From: Okamejei kenojei
Lineage: Eukaryota
Length of the DNA: 64,000 bases
Direction: 5' to 3'
NCBI GenBank assembly: GCA_035221665.1
Contig: CM069132.1
Coordinates: 31,062,001 to 31,126,000 of the forward strand
The translations under genes and the position numbers were made by a program. The notes under the pieces are model-generated. The model saw only the letters and a list, made by a program, of their open reading frames with translations. It ran no database searches and was not told the origin of the DNA. This document shows, piece after piece, positions 50,871-62,865 of the stretch (positions are counted from its first letter, which is position 1; each line of letters begins with the position of its first letter).

Positions 50871-51178
50871 GCCAGTAAACATAATTTAGGTTAGACACAA
50901 GGAACTGCAGATGGTTTCAAAAAAGAGAAAGTGCTGGTGTAACTCAGTAGGTCAGCAACATCTCCGGAGAGGATAGATGAAATTGTGTGTCGAAATAAGG
51001 TTCCCGACCTGAAATGTCACCTATCCATGTCTTTCAGAGATGCTGCCTGACCTGCTGACTAGCTCTTTGTGTCTTCCTCCTTTAGTTTGTCTGTCCTCTC
51101 CATTCTTCTTGTCTCTTTCACCCCATCTTAGTAATATAGCTGCATGCATGCAAACCAAACTCCATTACATGTTCTTAC

Positions 51179-51315
51179 CATATAATTCATTCTGTGCTTG
51201 AAAGCAGAAAGGTGTAAAACAAATGTGTGCAGGAATCCTGTAAATTCACATAACATACATTCATACTTTGGCTCTCTTCCTTCATCACGTTGGTATTCAA
51301 TTACATAATTGAGTC
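51179..51315 (-). CDS. Zinc-finger exon (137 nt, phase 1 to 0)
   Basis: CTCAG acceptor and ATG|GTAAGA donor; GLNYVIEYQRDEGREPKYECMLCEFTGFLHTFVLHLSAFKHRMNYM (C-x2-C-x11-H-x5-H). Confidence 0.9.
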
Positions 51316-52165
51316 CTGAGTGATCACAAAGCAACAATATTTTAAGTTAGTATTCATCAAAGGTTACTTATTTGTGTTAATATTGTTTAAGAGAGTATAC
51401 ATCATCACATATTTCAACAATTCTCATCCATTGCCCGACAATTGGTGCAGAACTTTGATGCAGAGCATGATGAACACTTTTGGGAAACATCAAATACTGC
51501 ATGTTAAGCATCTTATCAGAGCATCTACATACATTTACAAGCGGAATTAGACTTGACTATTTAATTGGACCTCTGGACATTCTGCCTCATTCTATATTAA
51601 CTTGGGTCATTCAAAATAGACCACAGGCCCTGTTCATTCCCAGAATTACTGATTTACAAAATGTGCCAGTCAGCCAACTATCTCATTCTTCTCTCAAATG
51701 CATTAATATAGCCATGCCAAATGTCAGCACCATAGTTTCCACAAGCTCATAACATTTGGAAAATCTGTTCTCCTCCAGTTCCAGTCACGTGAACACCAGT
51801 AAATTTAATTACTTCACATTTGCCAAAATAATAATTTCTGGAGATTCTATTCTCAGCTATTTTTAAAGCCTACCTCTTTGATTGAGCTCTTCTGGAATCT
51901 ACCTTCATATTTCTTTTATCTGTTCGGAGGAAGGATCCTGGACCTAAAATGTTATCAGTTTCCCTTTCTATGAATGGTGCCTGACCCACTAACTGTTTTA
52001 GCATTTTCTGTTTTTCTTTTTAACCTTCTTCTCTGTGGCTTGTGGTTGAACGTATGAAAACAAGTTTAATATACCTGGGATGACATTTTTAATATTAAAA
52101 ATAGTTTATTCATGAAGGGTTAGAAGAGTTGGAAAGACCAGATGAGGAAATTAGTGTAAGAGTAA

Positions 52166-52666
52166 AGGCGCCGTCCCACTTGGGCGACCTAATCCACAAC
52201 TTCTTGCAAGTTTGCCCTCGACTCGTACTCGCAGCATGGTCGTCACGAGGTCGTAGGAGGTCTTTGTAACTATCCTTCATGCTCGAGAGTAGTCCCCGTG
52301 TAATCGAGGCCTCAGCTAGGTCTTGGCGTATTTTTCAATATGTTGAAAAATGCCCACGAGTAAAAAAAGGTTGCAATGGAAAAAATTGATACTTTTTTTA
52401 CTCGTAGATTTAGTTGTAGTGGGTCGGCATGTTAGTCGTCGGTAATTGAGGGTAGTCGAAGGTAGTCTTCATCATAGTCGAAGGGAGGTCGAAGGAGATA
52501 GTCTTCACTCTCCACTATTCGGTGTCCAATTTCCCGAAGTTAGTCGTAGCTAGTCTTCAACATAGTCGGAGGAGGTCTTCTACATAGTCGAAGGAGGTCT
52601 TCAACATGACATTTTTTCAAACTCTCCTAAACTCGGCAATTAGGTCGCCCAAGTGGGACAGCCCCT
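52166..52666. mobile_element. PIF/Harbinger-like MITE
   Basis: TIRs of about 28 bp: AGGCGCCGTCCCACTTGGGCGACCTAAT and ATTAGGTCGCCCAAGTGGGACAGCCCCT; TAA/TTA flanks. Confidence 0.8.
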
Positions 52667-52748
52667 TTAATCATGTTCCAAGCTGAAAACTGTCAATTAT
52701 GACTGCTTGTTCCTGAATTCAAAGTAATTTGGGTGGAATGTTATAAAC

Positions 52749-53178
52749 CAGGGGTTGGCAACCTAAGGCCCCCGGGCCAAATGTGGCCCATACCCCAAAA
52801 TCATCTGGCCCGCAGGCGGATTTTTTCTCCCAGTAATTATCCGGCCCGCAGACTTCCGTCATCTCTGGTATCTCCCGGGACCGAGGCTGCGGCGCCCAGG
52901 TGCGGTGACGCCAGGATGCAAGGAGGCCTGCGCTGGCGGCCGCAATGGCGGAGCTGCCAAGCATCACGCAGCGCTGAGCTCTGGCTGTACCGCATCCTGC
53001 CCAAAGCTGCTGGCACGACCACGCACCTTGGGCTTCACTGTCAGCATCGGGGTTGTCAATAGGCCGGGGTGAGTGAGTATTTGAGCCACCGCCTTCAGGA
53101 CACGTGATAGATGTGGCCCGCCACCCGCTCACAGACATGCGTCCTGGCCCCTATGCAGAACAAAGTTGCCGAACCCTG
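52749..53178. mobile_element. hAT (Charlie-like) MITE
   Basis: TIRs CAGGGGTTGGCAAC and GTTGCCGAACCCTG; perfect 8-bp TSD TTATAAAC; subterminal GGCCC motifs. Confidence 0.92.
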
Positions 53179-53358
53179 TTATAAACAGCGCTAATATGAC
53201 TCTCAAGAGACACCTGAAAGTTGATCATTTTCTGGAAATGGCAACATATGGATAATGATTGTGCCAGTCGGCCTGATTAATGGCCTGAATAACCAGGATA
53301 AACAGTTGGCGATATTTGTTTATTCATAAATCTACTCCTCCAAAGGAAAAACACTCAC

Positions 53359-53460
53359 CAATTAAGGGTTCATCTGTTTTCCAATTCATAATGTACTCAT
53401 CAAGGGTCTGTGCATCAGTACTGTTCATTTTAGGATTTAAAGGATTGTCCACTTTATCAC
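53359..53460 (-). CDS. Internal exon (102 nt, phase 1 to 1) of the zinc-finger gene
   Basis: TTGCAG acceptor and G|GTGAGT donor; GDKVDNPLNPKMNSTDAQTLDEYIMNWKTDEPLIG joins LNYVIEY of the next exon. Confidence 0.88.
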
Positions 53461-53534
53461 CTGCAATTCAAATAGTCATGAAAAACTGTAATAGCTACTT
53501 TATTTTGAAACAAGACTAATAAAATCAAGATTAC

Positions 53535-53568
53535 CGTAGTCATATAAAGCAAACAAGTTTTGGTTTTC
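53535..53568 (-). CDS. Candidate 34-nt exon (ENQNLFALYDYG, phase 0 to 1)
   Basis: TTTTTTTCTAATATTCAG acceptor and G|GTAATC donor. Confidence 0.4.
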
Positions 53569-53778
53569 CTGAATATTAGAAAAAAATCTGATATTAACAG
53601 AATCTTAAAATATGATATTTAATGAATGCCAGATATACTATGGATCTATCCAAAAAATATTTAATGCTGAAAAATCAAACATCTTGATCGGAGATTTAAT
53701 GTTGCTTAAGTTTTTTTCTATTTTATAAAAGCATGGATTGATTTTAATATCCCAACTAAAGATCCCAATTATACTCAC

Positions 53779-53806
53779 CTAAAGTTTCTTGGAAAAGTTG
53801 TTGAAC
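53779..53806 (-). CDS. Candidate 28-nt exon (VQQLFQETLG, phase 0 to 1)
   Basis: T-rich tract and AACAG acceptor; strong AG|GTGAGT donor. Confidence 0.55.
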
Positions 53807-55019
53807 CTGTTAAGATACATGCCAAGAATATTCCAAGAGCATGATAAAAACAAAAACAAAAAGTTTGATTACTTTGAACAGAAAATTGAAATAATTACAT
53901 TATAATTCTCAAATTGCAATTATGGATGGGAATAAGATTTCAATGATACTTTATTATCACATGTTGATAGGTACAATGAAATAGGCACTTAAGAAAATTC
54001 ACACACAGAAGAGTAGAGCTTGTCAATCAGAACTCTGGCTGAAGAAGGCTGTAATGACTGCAGGAATATTAAATAACTGATTTTCTCCATTTTCACTTAT
54101 AAGATATTTTATGATCCAGCTTTAGATGCCCTTATGATGTGTACTCCCACTGCTGAAGTAGTTTATTCTTCTACTGCCACAATTGGAACTCAACATCCTA
54201 CATGGCCAATATTCAAGCCATTCTACTAATCTAGGATTATTGCTTCTCCAATTCCCTTTTCCCAACATGAATTGGGTCCTGTTCAGGTTCCTAACAGTTC
54301 AAAATTGAATTAGTCACAAACCTCCAGTAAAAGAATCCTTGGTCTTTCATCTTCTCACACTCCATTTCATTTTCCTAAAGTTCGCAGAAGTCAATGTCAC
54401 CAAACACACTCAACCCTTGCCTTTTAAATAGTTTCAATACGCTCCATGCATGTCCCAAGATCGGCTATAATAATATGGGAACATTATTGCTATTCATCTT
54501 CTTGGATGCTATAGACACAACAAACTGCAAATGCTGGAATCTTGAGCACATAAAAAGTGCTGGAGTAATTCAGCAGGTCAGGCAGCATTTCTCTGGAGAT
54601 GCTGCGTGACCAAAGTTACTCCAGCGCTTTGTGTTTTATGCTCACATTCATCCTTTCAAGTTTGTTCCATCATTCAAATAGTTCATAGCCAATTGTATTC
54701 AAGCTGTTATTGAACTGTTCATTGCTTTAGTCTCAGCATCCTTTAAAGTATGCCTAGATTTCAACTATTTTTTATATTATGAAGTGTTACCTGATACATC
54801 TCTGAAAGGCTAAGCTCTAAGTTTGTTTTTAGCAGCTTTCTTATCCAGAGTGTTAGTGTCTAGAAATATTATTTGTTTTATTTAAACAAACTTAAACACA
54901 TTAAATTTCCTATTAATTTGATAAAGTTAGAGAAATATAATTCTCATCAAGGTAACCTCATAACTTAAGCTTAACTAATCGTTACAGTAAATATCTGGTG
55001 CACCTATTCCATGTCAAAG

Positions 55020-56645
55020 CTGGGGAACAATTGCAGATCCTTGCAGAGATAATTGCTTTATCTTCAGACTGGGAGGTGGCTAAAGTTGAACCCTTATTTA
55101 AGAAAGGTAGCAAGGACAAACAAGAAATTACTGGCTGGTGAGCCTGATGTTGGTGGTGGGCAAGTTTTCAGAGGGGAAATTTAGAGGCAGGATCTACTAA
55201 GATTTGGATAGGCACAGCTTTTTTATGGATAGTCAGCATGGTTCTCTGTGTGGGAAATCATATCTGACAAATTTAATGAGTTTTTAAAAATAAGTCAAAG
55301 AGGATTGATGAATTGGGCTATGCCCAATTTAGCAAAGCATTTGATAAGATCCCACAAAGTAAGCTAGTCTGGAAAGTTAGATCAAAGGTAAGCTAGACAA
55401 ATTGATTCAAAATTGTTTGGAGAAAGAGTCAAAGGGTAATTGTGGAGGGTTGTTTTCCTGATTGCAGTCCTGTGAACAGTGGAGTGCACAGGGGTTGGTG
55501 CTGGGTGTTGTTTGTTATACATTTTCATGATTTGGATGACAATGTAGTTAACATTGGTGTTATCTACAAATGTAATGACAAAGTTGTTGGTGTAGTGGAC
55601 AGTGAGGAAGGATTTCTAAGTTTTAAAAAGTCTTGATCAGTTGGGAAGGCGAGCCAAAAACATAGCAAATGGAAGTTAACTCTGACAAGTGTGAGGTGCT
55701 ACAGTTAGGCATGTCAAACTAGGGCAGGACTCAAAGTAAATGGTAGAATCCTGGAGAGTGTTACAGAACAGAGATCTAGAGATCTGTGCATGGCTCCCTG
55801 AAAGTGGTGGTGTGGGTCAACAAATGATGAAGAAAAGGTATTCTAACAAGCTGCCAGTGGAAGCTACATAAGTGGATACAATTACTGAAAGACATTTGAA
55901 ATTAATTTATCAATAAGAAAGGGCTATGGGCCAAATGTAGGCAAACAGGACAGCCTAGAATTCCAACTTAGTCGGCATGGATAAGTTGAGCCAAAGGGCC
56001 CGTTTCCGTTCTGCATAACAGCTAAGCTAGTGAGTATCCACTAGGAGGCTGAACAGAACAGTGCAGTAGCTGGAAGGTTTAAAAGAGCAGAGTGAGATCA
56101 GTTCAGCTAATTCTGGCCTGGAGGGACAGCAGAACAGTTGCGGCAGCAGGGAGGTTCACAAGAGTGCCTTTTGATTGACTCACAGAAAGGCACAAAAGTC
56201 AGGAAGAAGTGAAGTACGGCAACAATGTTCGAGATGAGATGTTGTTTCATGTGACTGAAAATGTTGAGACTTTGATCCGGGATGCTGCAGTGGAAAGGCT
56301 GAGCAGAGGTTGATGGCAAGATAAGGTCATTCAAAGTCTTCTTTAGTCAGGATGCAAATTAGAATATTGGTATGCTCCTTCTGCAGAATGTACAAAGTCA
56401 GGGAAACTTCCTAGATCTCCAAGGACTACATCTGTGGGAAGTGCGTCCTGTTGCAACTCCCCACTAACCATGAGCAGGTACTGGTGCTGGATGACCTTAA
56501 CATCACCCGAGAGAATGAGAGTGTTGTGGATAGGAGAGATAGTGAAATGGTCATATCCAAGGTGCAGGCAGAACGTAGATGTGTGACCACCTGAAATGGT
56601 AAATGGAATATACAGTGCAGAAATCTCCTGCGGCCATTCTCCTTG
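55020..56645 (+). mobile_element. Old CR1 fragments (ORF2 remnants, then an ORF1-like piece at about 56350-56645)
   Basis: Traces of FSKAFDKIP, FVIHFHDLDD, KCEVL and DYICGKCVLLQL. Confidence 0.7.
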
Positions 56646-56695
56646 AAAACATGTACAGTAAACCCTCGCATTAACGGACCTCTTTATAAAGGATT

Positions 56696-57256
56696 TAAGC
56701 CCGTCCCACTTGGCGACTTTTTTCGGCGACAGCTGCCGCCTCATGGTCGCGGCATGACGTGAGCCGAGGCCTGTGTTGTCGTCACTTTTTTCTTGTCACC
56801 GCTGGATTTTGAAATGTTCAAAACCTTGCAGCGACAGTGGGCTTGACGCTGCCTATCGTCTCGTCGTAGGTTGTCGCCAGGATGGCGCACGATGTCGTAA
56901 GGTCATGACCTCGGCAAATTCCTTTAGCGCCAACCTGCGTCATCATACGTCGACAGTGCCTGCGCCAAGATACGGATCAAAGTGACGTTATTTGTCTTCT
57001 GTTGCCTTCAGATGTCGCAGACAGTGTCATAGCTTGATGTCTCTGCGGTCGCATGATGTCGTAGGTTGTCATATGTTGTCGCTGTTGTGATCGTCCCAGG
57101 GCCCAGAAAATTGTGACGCCAGATGACGTAAATTGTCGCAGCTTGTCGTTAACCGTGTCGTCGCTTTTTCGTACAACTTGACGGTTTTCCGGCGTCAGTC
57201 AATGACGCCGACAGTCGCTGAAAAAAATAAATATCACAAAGTGGGACAGGCCCTTT
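56696..57256. mobile_element. Harbinger-like MITE nested in a Tigger-like end starting at about 56656
   Basis: Ends GCCCGTCCCACTT and AAGTGGGACAGGCCC. The host begins TA-CAGTAAACCCTCG and appears to resume at GTCATAGCGGATT. Confidence 0.65.
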
Positions 57257-57349
57257 AGTCATAGCGGATTAATCTGTTGTGGACAGAGTTCATTGTTTCA
57301 CGGAATGACCACTAGGTAAATGGAGCTCCCGCAACGAAACTTCTCCAGC

Positions 57350-57665
57350 CAGTGTCGCGGGGTTGGAACGACCCAGAGCAGGGCCGAACATCGCCCCGTG
57401 CGGCCTTAAATGGCCGTGGGACTTACCATGGCCCGCCTGGGGCTTCAACATCAGGAGAGAAATGGTGCAGGGGAGAGAAGAGACTTTGCCTTCCATCTCA
57501 GTGAGGAGGAGATTCACTGCGATGGATGTTTGTGTAAATTGAATTGTTTTTATGTTTTGTAAGAATTGTCTTTGTTTGTATGGCTGTGGAAACAGAGTTT
57601 CGTTTGAGCCTCACTGAGGTTCAAATGACATGGAATAAAATATTGTATTGTAATATTGTATATTG
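57350..57665 (+). mobile_element. Family X non-autonomous element, 3' part
   Basis: TTGCCTTCCATCTCAGTGAGG hairpin block; AATAAA plus TATTG-repeat tail. Confidence 0.55.
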
Positions 57666-57681
57666 TGATTTTTGGTTTAGT

Positions 57682-58050
57682 TTAAGGACCTGTCCCACTT
57701 ACGCGACCTTTTCGGCGACTGCCGGCATCCGTCATAGCTCGCAGAAAAATTTCAACATGTTGAAAATTCAGCGGTGACCAGAAAGACGCGACAACTCCTT
57801 AGGTGACCAAGAGACCTCTCACGACCATACAGGCGACCCCTGGCGACATGTCGTGGGTGTTGTGTGGTGTCACCAGGGGACATGTCGCCAGGGTGTCACC
57901 TGTACGGTCGTGAGAGGTCGCCAGGGGTCGCCTGTACGGTTGTGAGAGGTCTCCTACTCACCCAAAGAGTCGTAGCGTCTTTCTGGTCGCCACTGTATTT
58001 TCAGCATGTTGAAAACATTCGGCGACCTATGATGAGTGCCGGCAGTCCTG
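57682..58050. mobile_element. Harbinger-like fold-back MITE, right TIR lost
   Basis: Starts AAGGACCTGTCCCACTT; long internal inverted repeat (about 57716-57800 versus 57967-58048). Confidence 0.7.
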
Positions 58051-58261
58051 CTGAGCATTTCCAACATTTTTCCATTTTATTTCTAATATCCATTAATCTC
58101 AGTGTTGTATTTTTGGATTATTGTCATGGATATAATATAATTAGCGTTCCTGCACAAATATGTTTAATGTATGCAAGTCACCCCATGAACATTCCTGATT
58201 TGTATACTGATTTTCATTAACATTTAGCTGTGACAAGGAAAGAGATGATGGGAAATATAGT

Positions 58262-58560
58262 TTTAGAGATACAGATGGAAACAGGCCCTTTGGCCCACCA
58301 AACTGACCCTCATCACCTGTTCACACTAGTTCTACATTGTCCCATTTTCTCATTCACTCCCTACACACTAGGGACAATTTATAGAGGCCAAGTAACCTAG
58401 AAACCTGCACGTCTTTGGGATGTGGGAGCAAACAAGAGAACCTGGAGGAAACCCACAGGGAGAACATGGAAACTCCACACAGACAGCATCCACTGACAGG
58501 ATTGAACCTGGGTCTCTGGCGATATGAGGCAACAAGTCTACCAGCTGTGCCACTGTGCCA
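58262..58560 (-). mobile_element. HE1-like SINE
   Basis: Reverse-complement head (GAGGCAACAAGTCTACCAGCTGTGCCACTGTGCC) and core. Confidence 0.75.
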
Positions 58561-58642
58561 TCGCTTGCACATTCATCAATGATTTAAGCCAACGTGACAC
58601 TAATGCCCAGAAAGATTATGGAGCCAAGATCAGAAATGCTTA

Positions 58643-61318
58643 CAGTGCATTTGGAAAATATTCAGACCCCTTCACTTTTTCCACATTTTGTTATGTTACA
58701 GCCATTAAATTCATTTTTTTAAAATCATCAATCTATACACAATACCCCATAATAAAAAAAAGCAACAACAGGTGTTGTAAAGTTGTTAAAAATAAATAAC
58801 TGAAATATCACATTTATGTAAGTATTCGGACCCTTCACTCTGAACTTTGTTGAAGCACCTTTTGCAGCGATTACAGCCTCAAGTCTCCTTGGGTATGATG
58901 CTACAAGCTTGGCACACCTGTATTTGGGTAATTTCTCCCATTCTTCTCTGCAGATCACCTCCCTGACCAAGGCCCTTCTCCCCTGATTGCTCAGTTTGGC
59001 CGGGCGGCCAGCTCTATGAAGAGTCCTGGTGGTTTCAAAGTTCTTCCATTTAAGAATGACAGAGGGCATTGTGCTCTTCGGGACCTGCAATGCTGCAGAA
59101 ATTGTTTCATACCCTTCCCCAGTTATGTGCCTCGGCACAATCCAGTCTCAGATGTCTCCGGACAATTCCTTCGTCATCATGGCTTGGTTTTTGCTCACAC
59201 GTGCACGGTCAACTGTGGGACCTTATATATACAGGTGTGTGCCTTTCCAAAACCTGTACAATCAATTTAATTTACCACTGGTGGATTCCAATCCAGTTGT
59301 AGAAACATCTCAAGAATAATCAATGGAAACAGGATGCACTGAAACTCAATTCTGAGTGTCATAAAAAACGGGACTGAATACTTATGTAAATATGATATTT
59401 TAATTATTTCTTTTTAATTACTTTGCAAATATTTCTAAACACCTGTTTTAAATTATGAGGTATTGTGTATAGATTGATGATAAATAGAGCTAGGATGTTT
59501 AGGCGCTAAGAAACTCTCAAATAGACATGCAAAAAGGCATAATAAAATTACAAAAAAGTTATTTCCACCACCAAAATATGGTTAAAAATAATAATATAAA
59601 TGTATACTACATTAAATGACCAAAGTTGCCTGGTTGCTCATAATTACTAGTATTTTTTTCAAATTATCTGTGTTAAACTATGCTGTCTGTCAGACAGAAT
59701 ATGCTACAGTTGTGAAAAACTTCTTTCTACCTCAGCTGAGGTCATGGTACATACCCGAAACAAGCTACAGACTCTATATTCATGTCGATATCTTGTGCAT
59801 TACAACTACCTTTGAGAACTTTGGTTATGTTTTGTATTTCTTCAAGATCTTTGTTAGCTAAAATCACTCTCTCACATTTTCCTTGTATGTCTTTACCTAC
59901 ATCGCCAGGAATTTTACCTGGATATCATTAGTTAATTTGTTGAAAACCGGCAAGTTATTCACTAATGTTTCGCCACGTTTCTCAAGGGAAGTGATAGCTT
60001 GTGGGAAATTTGCAAAATTGGAAGCAATAAACAAGACCGTGGTGGAGGGACTTTTTCTGCATGATTTTACTGACTATCCCGACTGCAGCAAATTCTTCTT
60101 CTTCGAAACAGTTGCCGATTTCTTTGATCTTTTCAAAATTTGCAGCATAGTAGAGTACAGCAGAGAGCCATGTACCCCACCTAGTTAAAACGGGCTGAGG
60201 AGGTAGCGGAATCTCGGGTGCCATTTCCTTGAACAACTCCATTGCTTTGAGGAAGATTTTCAACGTGACAGTGCTTTGAGGAAGATTTTCTTGACACTGG
60301 AAATTAGGCAATCAACATTTGGAAACAAGCTACGTATGTGTTTGACAATTCTATGAAGTTCTTGAGCTAAGCATTTCAAATGCAACATTTTGGGGAATAA
60401 AACTTTAAGAGCACGAGCAGCTTTTTTCATGTAAGCAGCTGCATCAGTCAAACAGAAGAACATTTTGTGTTTTATACCTTCTGGCCAAAGTACAGCAAGT
60501 GAAAATGTAAACAATTGAGCAATAGTCGAGCTGTTTGACTTCTTCAATACTTCAGATGTCAACAAATACTCCTTTGATGGGTGACCTGCCTCCAGTGTAC
60601 CGATGACCAGATTGGCAACATATCACCCCCCAGGATCAGTTGTCTTGTCTATTGAGATCCATATTTTGTTGCAAGCAACTTCATTTCTAATTTTCTGCAC
60701 AACAATGTTGAAGTTGCTGTCAACATAATTTTTCCGTAATGATGACTCGCTTGGTATATGTTCCTCTGTGTATTTCTCTAAAAAAAAAATCGGAGTAATT
60801 TGTTTTCCAATTTTCACAGTGGAATTCCAGCATCAATCAATGCCTTGCACAGATCACTCGAAAACTCAGATTTGCGTCTGGAGCCAGCGGTAAATGTAGT
60901 GCGGAGACAAGCTTGGGTATCTTGCTTGGGTAGTCTACACCGCAGAGGTATCAACATTGACTTCCGCTGGTGGAAATGTTCTTGTAATTATACCATGTTA
61001 ACAAATTAATAATAACATAATAATAACATTAATAGTAACGTGATAACATAGAAAACGTCATTGTAATCACGGTAGAACTAGAAAAACTAGCACGACCTTT
61101 TAGCAAAATGGCAAAAAAAGGCTGATTTTGGCACTCGATCTTGAAAAAGACATTATCCTTTTTCAAGACCTTATGAAATCATCAAAAAAAGGCGTGAAAA
61201 GGCACATGGCATTTATGGCTCAAATTATAAAAAAATGAATTAAATATTTTAGAATACGGCTGTAACGTAACAAAATGTGGAAAACGTGAAGGGATCTGAT
61301 TATTTTCTAAATGCATTG
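58643..61318 (-). mobile_element. Tc1-like DNA transposon, internally deleted, with its right TIR split by a nested hAT
   Basis: TA-CAGTGCATTTGGAAAATATTCAGACCCCTTCAC on the left and GTGAAGGGATCTGATTATTTTCTAAATGCATTG-TA on the right. The transposase N-terminus (GEGYETISAALQVPKST..ILKWK..GRPAKLS) is fused to its C-terminus (EEWEKLP..CAKLVASYPRRLEAVIAAKG). Confidence 0.9.
59485..61225 (-). mobile_element. hAT transposon remnant with a CGGBP1-like/DUF659-type transposase
   Basis: DLCKALIDAGIPL, FLEKYTEEHIPSESSLRKNYV, IWISIDKTTD, TDAAAYMKKA, CLAQELHRI and PVLTRWGTWL; one end reads TAGAGCTAGG. Confidence 0.85.
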
Positions 61319-61683
61319 TATTTGAGAGTTCTAATGGTTTTCTTGCAAAACTATTTTTTGAAACATTCTTTTTTAAATAATGCAGTGTAAAATAATTAAA
61401 GGATTTGTTGGATTCAACGGTTATAAAATAAATGTGATTACAGTGTGAATCATAGCATCTAGAAACATAACATCTACAACTAATGAGTAGAGATTGCACA
61501 ACTGCAATACCTACTGCCAGTGCAACACAATTAAATGAATAAATATATTAACCTTAATACCAAGCTGAGCAGGGGAGATGAGCGATGGGGGGGGGGGGAG
61601 GGGTGAAGGGGTGAGATTTATGTTATAAATGACACACTACAATTGAGTGGGAAGCCACAGATTCCTACATTGCTTCTCAAACC

Positions 61684-62336
61684 TCTTTACACAACTAAAA
61701 CTGATCTTGTGCTCTTCCGGTTTGCACGGTATTTCTATTTGCGCAAAAACAGTAGGCGATAGGGCTACTTTTTTCTACAGCTCACTCATCATTCTCCTGT
61801 GTTGCGAGTGTAACAAATTTTGTTCCAATCGGTGGTATATTGTAAAAGTTAGCGAGGTTTAAAAATCTTAAAAACCACGTGTGTGCAGATCGATCTCTCC
61901 TGCCAGTCAACGCCGCGTGGATTGGTCTTTTCTCCTGTCACTCCGCGCCATGGTCCATCCATTCCGGCGCCATCGCATCTTTACTGGAGCTGACGGATGC
62001 TCTGGATGGCCGGCGGAGTGACCCCCCTTGCTCACACCCCCTGCTCACACACACCACTTCTCCCCTCCCACACGTGAAGAGGAGGGGGAGGGAGTGCTGG
62101 AGGATGAGGGGAAATGAGCCCCACCTGTGCAGTTAGGGGCTATTGGTGAGTGATAGAATATTGCGTTGGGGGAATGAGTTGCATTGGGGGAATGGGTGCA
62201 TGGTGGAATTCTTTGTTGGGGAATGGGTTGCGTTGGGGGAATGGGCAAGTGGTGGAATATTGCGTTGGGGAATGGGTTGCTTTGGTGGACCAGGCCTCCC
62301 GTGAGACTGGGACCCACCGGGTCCCACTTAGTCTAG
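61684..62336 (+). mobile_element. Non-autonomous Helitron-like element
   Basis: 3' hairpin TGGGACCC-ACC-GGGTCCCA (62308-62326), then CTAG (62333-62336) and T. The 5' TC start is approximate. Internal G-rich minisatellite at about 62145-62290. Confidence 0.65.
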
Positions 62337-62421
62337 TCTACAGTTTAAAATTAGAAGATTTACAACAAGACATAAACATATATTTGTGCAGGTGAAATTC
62401 AGTTATTGTAGCCAACCTTAC

Positions 62422-62490
62422 CGTGCTATGTTGATAACCTCTCATATGTGCTTGAAGATCTAGAGGAGATGCACAAGCTATTTTGCAGAG
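62422..62490 (-). CDS. Zinc-finger exon (69 nt, phase 0 to 0); most 5' coding exon resolved
   Basis: TTGTATTTCTAG acceptor and ACG|GTAAGG donor; LCKIACASPLDLQAHMRGYQHST is the second half of a U1/matrin-like C2H2 finger (C-x12-H-x5-H). Confidence 0.85.
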
Positions 62491-62865
62491 CTAGAAATAC
62501 AATAAAAAATGTTTATTTCTTAACATCTTTGATCTCATTAGTTGTAAACCTATCTGACATGACATTGCATCACGAAAATAGCTGCAAATATAATTTTAAT
62601 TTTCTTTCTTGATCATAATTTGTCAAAGTAACTACACAATTAAGTTCCAAATGAAAAGTCTAAACGCATAAATATATAGGGTATGATATAAATTTAATAA
62701 GAAAGTCAACATAAAAGGGATTTGAGTATCAAGAACCAAGATGACATTGAAATGAATGTGTTACAATAATCCTAATTAATGCATACTCAGCTCTCAGATT
62801 TATCTGTATGTAAAGGTTAAACGGGCCTTACAGCTAAGATCTGGTTGTCTGCTAACAGCAACATA

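Noticed and set aside
62145-62290. Spaced G-rich repeats resembling a CRISPR array
   Set aside because: Degenerate tandem minisatellite inside a Helitron-like element; no unique spacers, eukaryotic context.
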